A stretch of DNA of 64,000 nucleotides from Ferroacidibacillus organovorans (GTDB lineage: Bacteria > Bacillota > Bacilli > Alicyclobacillales > SLC66): the NCBI RefSeq assembly GCF_001642725.1, contig NZ_LSUQ01000001.1, positions 62,001 to 126,000 on the forward strand. The letters run 5' to 3'. Positions 58,853-64,000 of the stretch are shown here, piece after piece. Within the stretch, counting starts at the first letter, position 1, and the number at the start of each line of letters is the position of its first letter. The translations under genes and the position numbers were made by a program. The notes under the pieces are model-generated. The model did no database searches. It was not told the DNA's origin and was given only the letters and a program-made list of their open reading frames with translations.

Positions 58853-59425
58853 GTGGAACGTTTAAACTTGACGGGTGTCAATAAACACAAAGCGCCTGAT
58901 GCGCTCTCAAACCTCTCTGCTGTATTGATTGATCGAGACGGTGTTCGCATCGATAATGCCGCGATTCACGGTAAGAGCAAAGTTGAGCGAGGCATTACGT
59001 GGGTGACTGACACGGACGATATCCCAGAACCTCAGCGCATTGCGTTAGTTTGGGTGACACTTCATCGCGAGATTCTTGGCCTTGGGATTCACGGATTGGC
59101 GGCTTCTATTTTTTACGTTGATTCAGAAGCAGGTTTGGGTTATAAAAATTTGGCTGATCAAGTGAACAAGATGGACAGCGCAGTCAAAGGAAAAATTCAG
59201 CTTGACATGCTTACAGAAGCAGAAATGAAGCAACTCGGCGCTTTTCTGATGGCACAACGAGAAGAACTCTGGGTCAATGCGTCAGAGGCGGTGTGGGCAA
59301 ATTGGCTTACTGAGGAGCAATACAAGCCGATGAAGCTCATGCGAATTGAGGCGGAAAAAGATCGCGAACGCATTCGCCGTGAGGCAGAGCGAGAGCGTTC
59401 CGAAGGGATGAACGAACACAAGTAA
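58853..59425 (+). CDS. YwhD family protein
   Basis: LS.V.ID, A.H.KS.VERGI, WV, GYK.L.D.VN.MD..KGKI. Confidence 0.75.
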   Translation: MERLNLTGVNKHKAPDALSNLSAVLIDRDGVRIDNAAIHGKSKVERGITWVTDTDDIPEPQRIALVWVTLHREILGLGIHGLAASIFYVDSEAGLGYKNLADQVNKMDSAVKGKIQLDMLTEAEMKQLGAFLMAQREELWVNASEAVWANWLTEEQYKPMKLMRIEAEKDRERIRREAERERSEGMNEHK

Positions 59426-59458
59426 ACGCATCGTTGCAGACAGGATGGGATTGTCCAG

Positions 59459-60913
59459 TTGTCGAATCAGCAAGATACACCTCTTTTTACTGCGCTGCGC
59501 AAACACGCAGAGCGTCAGCCGCTCCAATTTCACATTCCAGGACACAAGACTGGTCTTGCGATGGATCCTGAATTTCGCGATTTTATGGGGCAAAATGCCC
59601 TCTCCATTGACTTGATCAATATCGGCCCGCTCGATGATCTGATGCATCCGACCGGGATCATCGCTGAGGCGCAAGCGCTCGCGGCGGAAGCGTTTGGCGC
59701 AGACGCCACCTATTTTTCTGTGCAGGGCACGAGCGGGGCGATCATGGCCATGATTTTGTCTGTGGTCGGACCTGGCGACGAAATTCTCGTGCCGCGAAAC
59801 ATTCATAAATCCGTCTTGTCGGCAATCATCCTTTCCGGCGCGCGCCCGTTTTTCTTGCAGCCAGAGGTCGATCTTCATCTCGGCATTGCGCATGGCTTGC
59901 GCTTGGAAACGGTGATCGCGGGGCTTGACGCGCACCCAAACGCAAAAGCTGTATTAGTAATCAATCCCACCTATTTTGGTGTCGCGACGGATCTGCGTTC
60001 GATCGTTCACGTCGCCCATGCGCGTGGCGTACTGGTGCTCGTCGATGAGGCGCACGGTGTTCATACGTATTTCCACGAAGCGTTACCCGATTCGGCGATG
60101 CAAGCGGGCTGTGACCTCTCTGCGACGAGTGTTCATAAACTGGGCGGATCACTCACACAGAGTTCTGTATTGAATGTGCGCGAAGGTCTTGTGCGGGCAC
60201 GCCACGTTCACTCCATACTATCGATGCTCCACACCACGTCGACGTCCTATCTGCTGTTGGCATCCCTTGACGCGGCGCGTCGCCAGCTAGCGGTACACGG
60301 GAGAGGACGGATTGCAAACGCGATTACTCTTGCGGAGGACGCCCGCCTGCGAATCAATGAGATTGAGGGGCTCTATTGTTTTGGACGCGAAATTTTACAG
60401 TCTTCCGCGACGTTTGCGTTCGATCCGCTTAAACTCACGATTCGCGTCGCGGATATCGGGATCTCTGGGTATGAGGTAGAAGGAATTTTGCGTGATCACT
60501 ATAACATTGAAGTCGAGATGTCTGATCTGTACAACATCCTATGCATTATTTCGTTCGGGGACACGGAGTCAAGCGTAGCGCAACTCATTCACGCGCTGCG
60601 TGATCTCGTTGAAATTGAGCGGCTGCGAACCCATGTCCCGCGAAAAATTGTCGTCCCGTCGACGCCGCGCCTTGCCATGCCGCCGCGTGACGCATTCTAT
60701 GCAGATTCTGAAGTTGTCACGCTGCGTGAAGCGATTGGGCGAACCATTGCCGACATGATCATGGTCTATCCACCCGGCATACCGATTTTACTCCCGGGCG
60801 AGATCGTCACACTCGATAATGTGCAATATATTGAAGAAAATCTCGCTGAGGGGCTGCCTGTACAGGGACCTGATGATCCATCGATTCAAACGGTTCGTGT
60901 CGTTCGCGAGTAA
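59459..60913 (+). CDS. speA: Orn/Lys/Arg decarboxylase (SpeA-like)
   Basis: QFHIPGHK.G, ALSIDLINIGPLDDL, VDEAHG, SVHKLGGSLTQ, YPPGIP. Confidence 0.88.
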   Translation: MSNQQDTPLFTALRKHAERQPLQFHIPGHKTGLAMDPEFRDFMGQNALSIDLINIGPLDDLMHPTGIIAEAQALAAEAFGADATYFSVQGTSGAIMAMILSVVGPGDEILVPRNIHKSVLSAIILSGARPFFLQPEVDLHLGIAHGLRLETVIAGLDAHPNAKAVLVINPTYFGVATDLRSIVHVAHARGVLVLVDEAHGVHTYFHEALPDSAMQAGCDLSATSVHKLGGSLTQSSVLNVREGLVRARHVHSILSMLHTTSTSYLLLASLDAARRQLAVHGRGRIANAITLAEDARLRINEIEGLYCFGREILQSSATFAFDPLKLTIRVADIGISGYEVEGILRDHYNIEVEMSDLYNILCIISFGDTESSVAQLIHALRDLVEIERLRTHVPRKIVVPSTPRLAMPPRDAFYADSEVVTLREAIGRTIADMIMVYPPGIPILLPGEIVTLDNVQYIEENLAEGLPVQGPDDPSIQTVRVVRE

Positions 60914-60977
60914 TTTCGGGTTGGCTGCGATTTCCTGGTGACAGCGTTCGACAAAAATCGTAAACTATAAAAATAGC

Positions 60978-61092
60978 ATAGCCGAATCACTTGAAGAGAG
61001 TGTACGGAGGACCCATGTAGTTGGGGTGAACTTTGCATTGATGCAAAGCGGGACGACCTTCTCCCGAACCCGTCAGCTAACTCCGGAGGCGT
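60978..61092 (+). ncRNA. Cyclic di-AMP (ydaO/yuaA) riboswitch
   Basis: GCCGAATC...GTACGGAGGA.CC...TGGGGTGAA...CCCGAACCCGTCAGCTAACTCCG.AGGCG upstream of a cell-wall gene. Confidence 0.93.
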
Positions 61093-61105
61093 GGGAGGAA
61101 ATCGT

Positions 61106-61903
61106 TTGACATACGAAATTTTTAAACGGTTGTCAGCTGCTACGCTGACAGTTGGTTCTTTTCTTATGTTTTTTGGTGGTGACGCAACCAGTATGGCGGC
61201 GACGCTTCCAGCGGCACCATACACTGTTAAGGCGGGGGATACGCCTCTTTCAATCGCTCACCTCACTGGCTTTAGTGTTTCTCGTTTTGATTTGGTCAAT
61301 CACCTCGCTGGTCCGAGTGCGCGTTTGATTCCAGGTGAAAAAGTGGCGCTCCCATTTTTGTATCGTGTGTCATCTGGCGATACACTCTCTTATCTTGCGC
61401 AGCATTACGGCACGACGGTCGCGCGGATCATGGCATTGAACCACCTGCACAGCTCGTTGATTTACGCGGGGCAGACACTGCTTTTCGCGCGAGGAAGTGC
61501 CGCTGTTCAGCATGTTGCACATCCGCTCGTTTTTCGAGCGGCGAATGTCTCGTCCCATGTTGCACCTGCACCAACACCCGCAAAACAAGGACTGGGGACG
61601 TTTTTGGCCAGCGCCTATGATCCGTCCGTCTCTTCGAATGGGCCGTGGGGTGCGGTTGACTATTTTGGACAACCCCTCAAGTTCGGGGATGTCGCGGTCG
61701 ACCCGAGTGTCATACCACTTGGCTCAACGCTTTATATCAGCGGTTACTCAGATCCGGCGCTGCCGGCTGGTGGATTTTATGCAAAAGCGGTGGATACAGG
61801 CGGCGCAATCAAGGGAAAACGAATCGATGTGTTCTTGCCAACCTATACCGCTGCCATGAACTTTGGGTTGGAGAATGTCAGTGTCTCCATCGTTCGAAAG
61901 TAA
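61106..61903 (+). CDS. Secreted 2xLysM + 3D domain cell-wall protein
   Basis: Signal peptide; YTVKAGDT and YRVSSGDTL LysM; AVDP.VIPLGS, DTGGAIKG.RIDV; TTG with SD GGGAGG. Confidence 0.9.
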   Translation: MTYEIFKRLSAATLTVGSFLMFFGGDATSMAATLPAAPYTVKAGDTPLSIAHLTGFSVSRFDLVNHLAGPSARLIPGEKVALPFLYRVSSGDTLSYLAQHYGTTVARIMALNHLHSSLIYAGQTLLFARGSAAVQHVAHPLVFRAANVSSHVAPAPTPAKQGLGTFLASAYDPSVSSNGPWGAVDYFGQPLKFGDVAVDPSVIPLGSTLYISGYSDPALPAGGFYAKAVDTGGAIKGKRIDVFLPTYTAAMNFGLENVSVSIVRK

Positions 61904-61999
61904 GGGTGTCTAAGACGGATTGGTTTGAAACGCGCGTGCCCGCTCCGTTATACTGACTGAGTAAACGGAGGTTGTTATTCCACAGTCGGGAGGTACGTT

Positions 62000-62452
62000 A
62001 TGCCAATCATGTCTGGACAAGCCCCTACGTTTCAACTCGCTGCGACTGGTGAGCGGAACGTTTCGCTTGAATCGTATGTGGGGAAAACCGTGGTTCTCTT
62101 TTTCTATCCAAAAGATGACACACCAGGCTGAACCACGGAAGCGACCGGTTTTCGCGATCAGTATGAGCTGTTCGTCGAAAAAGGGGTTGCCGTGCTCGGT
62201 GTGAGCACTGATTCGATCGCGTCTCACGAAAAGTTTGCCGCGAAATACCAATTGCCATTTCCATTGCTTTCCGATCCTGACGCAGCGATTTGTAAAGCCT
62301 ATGAGGTGTATGTCGAAAAAAACATGTATGGTAAAAAGTACATGGGCATTGAACGCACCACATTTGTGATCGATGGGGAAGGTCAGATTGCGAGAGTCTA
62401 TCCTAAAGTGAAAGTGGATGGACACGCAGAAAAGGTTCTTGCAGATCTATAA
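62000..62452 (+). CDS. bcp: BCP/PrxQ peroxiredoxin with in-frame TGA at the peroxidatic Cys (candidate selenoprotein)
   Basis: SD GGGAGGT, ATG 62000; FFYPKDDTPG-(TGA 62129-62131)-TTEA..FRD continues in frame to GVSTDS..SH.KF, LLSDPD, ERTTFVID. Confidence 0.85.
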
Positions 62453-62460
62453 ATACGCTT

Positions 62461-62518
62461 AAAACCCCACATCTCGGGCCATGCTGATGAGGATGGCCTA
62501 GAGAAGGTGGGGTTTTTA
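62461..62518 (+). terminator. Long hairpin / intrinsic terminator after bcp
   Basis: AAAACCCCAC...GGCCAT...ATGGCC...GTGGGGTTTT. Confidence 0.65.
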
Positions 62519-62812
62519 CGCGAAATCGGCCGTTCATAATGATTTCGGTGATGGTTATTTGTGTGTCATTTGTTCCACATGCGACACTTGTTAACGTGAG
62601 CCAAAGCATAGGGCGGGATGTGTCAGATCTCGAAATCAAAGCTTGGAACGCAGCGCAAAGAGATGGTATTTTTCGAGTGATGCAGCTGCAAATTCAGAAA
62701 ATCACCAAACTGGCGGTGCAATCGCATTTTTAGGTCACGGATTTTGAAGCAATGGGTGCTCCATTCGGTGTATACTTGTCGTAATCGTATTCGCTGAAAG
62801 GAGCATTCATTC

Positions 62813-63160
62813 ATGGTTACACTTACAGAACAAGCTGCAGACAAAGTCAAATCGATGTTGAGCGATTCTGAGGATGCCGGACTTCGCATCGTGATCAAAC
62901 CGGGTGGTTGCTCGGGGTTTAGTTATGGACTGGCACTGGATGAACGCAAACCGAACGATATCGCAATCATCCAACACGGAGTGAGTGTGTTTGTCGATGC
63001 GGAAAATGAGCGACTCGTCGACGGCGCTCAGATTGACTATCTCGATGATTTGTCGGGAACAGGGTTTTCGATTCACAATCCGAACGCGATATCGACGTGC
63101 GGGTGCGGGTCGAGTTTTCGCACAAAAGAGGATGCCGGGCAACCGGGTTCGTGTGATTAA
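62813..63160 (+). CDS. HesB/IscA/SufA A-type Fe-S carrier
   Basis: GGCSGFSY, G..IDY, NPNA.STCGCGSSF. Confidence 0.95.
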   Translation: MVTLTEQAADKVKSMLSDSEDAGLRIVIKPGGCSGFSYGLALDERKPNDIAIIQHGVSVFVDAENERLVDGAQIDYLDDLSGTGFSIHNPNAISTCGCGSSFRTKEDAGQPGSCD

Positions 63161-63191
63161 AAAAGCGATGATGCTTAAGCATCATCGCGGG

Positions 63192-63220
63192 CTGCCGAGT
63201 GAATTCTCGGCAGTTTTTTT
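63192..63220 (+). terminator. Intrinsic terminator
   Basis: CTGCCGAG-N6-CTCGGCAG followed by T7. Confidence 0.85.
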
Positions 63221-63818
63221 ATCGGCTGTGTCTGCGATTGCGCAGTAAAAAACTGATAAAGAGAACGACGAGTAGCGCCGCGGAAAGGTCTGTGAAAAGT
63301 GTGAAATGAGTTGTAACCGTTTCCCAGTGTTGCCCAAGCGCGTACCCGACGTAGGCGAGAATGGCAACCCAGGGAATGCATCCGATGATTGTAAAAATCA
63401 TAAACGTGCTGAGTCGCATCTTGGCGATTCCGGCAGGCAGCGAGATGAAGGTTCGCACAGCAGGTAAAAGCCGACTGATCAATACGGTGATTGCGCCGTA
63501 TTTGGCAAAAAAGCGTTCGGATGATTCAAAGTGACGCTCGGAAAACAAAACATAGCGTCCGTATGAGCGGAGGAAGGCTCGTCCGCCGCGCAAGCCGATC
63601 CAATAGGCCAAGAGTGAACCGATCAAATTGCCGAGCACGCCGGCGATGATCGCGGGCGCAAGACCCATTTCACCGCGAAAAGCGGCATAACCCGCAAACG
63701 TCATGATCAGTTCGCTTGGGATCGGAATACATGCACTTTCGAGTAACATGGTGAAAAAAACGGCAGCAATCCCGTAGTGACGTACAGCGTGTTCGAGAGC
63801 GAGCGATATGCCGTGCAG
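63219..63818 (-). CDS. DedA family membrane protein; probable CTG start
   Basis: LESACIPIPSE, GSL.AYWIG..GGR, RLLPAVRTFISLPAG. Confidence 0.9.
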   Translation of the reverse strand: MHGISLALEHAVRHYGIAAVFFTMLLESACIPIPSELIMTFAGYAAFRGEMGLAPAIIAGVLGNLIGSLLAYWIGLRGGRAFLRSYGRYVLFSERHFESSERFFAKYGAITVLISRLLPAVRTFISLPAGIAKMRLSTFMIFTIIGCIPWVAILAYVGYALGQHWETVTTHFTLFTDLSAALLVVLFISFLLRNRRHSR

Positions 63819-63902
63819 GTTTGTTACCCCTTTCTTTTGACAAAGAAATGGAAATGCGTGTTTAACTTTTTAATGATAGCACAGCCCGAAATGGTAGTCT
63901 AC

Positions 63903-63943
63903 TTGTCCGACGAAAAGCATACATGGTATAGTAAGTCGGACAA
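63903..63943 (+). promoter_or_regulatory. Promoter flanked by two GntR/FadR-like boxes (target gene beyond window)
   Basis: TTGTCCGAC (63903) and GTCGGACAA (63935) flank TGgTATAGT. Confidence 0.5.
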
Positions 63944-64000
63944 TGAACTTATTTGAGAATGGGTTGACAGAGGAGACTTTCTTTTGATTTCATGGACCGC

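Noticed and set aside
62192..62452. 86-aa stand-alone ORF or bcp pseudogene
   Set aside because: It is the C-terminal part of the TGA-containing bcp. A pseudogene is less likely because the only lesion is at the catalytic codon, though it is not excluded.
62539..62733. 64-aa ORF between bcp and iscA
   Set aside because: Weak SD and no recognisable motif; cannot be supported.
63984..64000. Start of a downstream gene (TTG after AGGAG)
   Set aside because: Too short to identify.
1..64000. CRISPR arrays, IS elements, prophage, tRNA/rRNA, defence islands
   Set aside because: No periodic repeats, transposase or integrase motifs, or structural RNA signatures seen by eye.

Overview
Gene-dense chromosomal window from an endospore-forming Firmicute. 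The gene set and style suggest Bacilli, probably Alicyclobacillaceae-like (inference). It is mostly core metabolism and cell envelope: a T-box-controlled citramalate synthase, methionine salvage (mtnD divergent from mtnWXB, with mtnE elsewhere), HelD, bshB2, pncB, a two-component system, ispH, galU, fadN-fadA-fadE, TetR-icmF, uppP, ndh, ymfF/ymfH, murT-gatD, ftsW, rodA, glnA, nfo, speA, a c-di-AMP riboswitch upstream of a LysM/3D gene, and an IscA-type gene. I saw no tRNA, rRNA, CRISPR array, transposase or prophage. The most notable signals are: (1) a BCP peroxiredoxin missed by the ORF track because an in-frame TGA sits at the catalytic Cys (candidate selenoprotein); (2) five genes whose best Shine-Dalgarno points to a near-cognate start codon (ACG, ATT, CTG, ATC, CTG); (3) a two-gene secreted module resembling a split clostridial SleC cortex hydrolase; (4) a membrane-anchored beta-lactamase-fold protein lacking all catalytic motifs, divergent from the two-component system; (5) a small Ros/MucR-like zinc-finger protein. 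All family calls come from motif recognition by eye, not from database searches.
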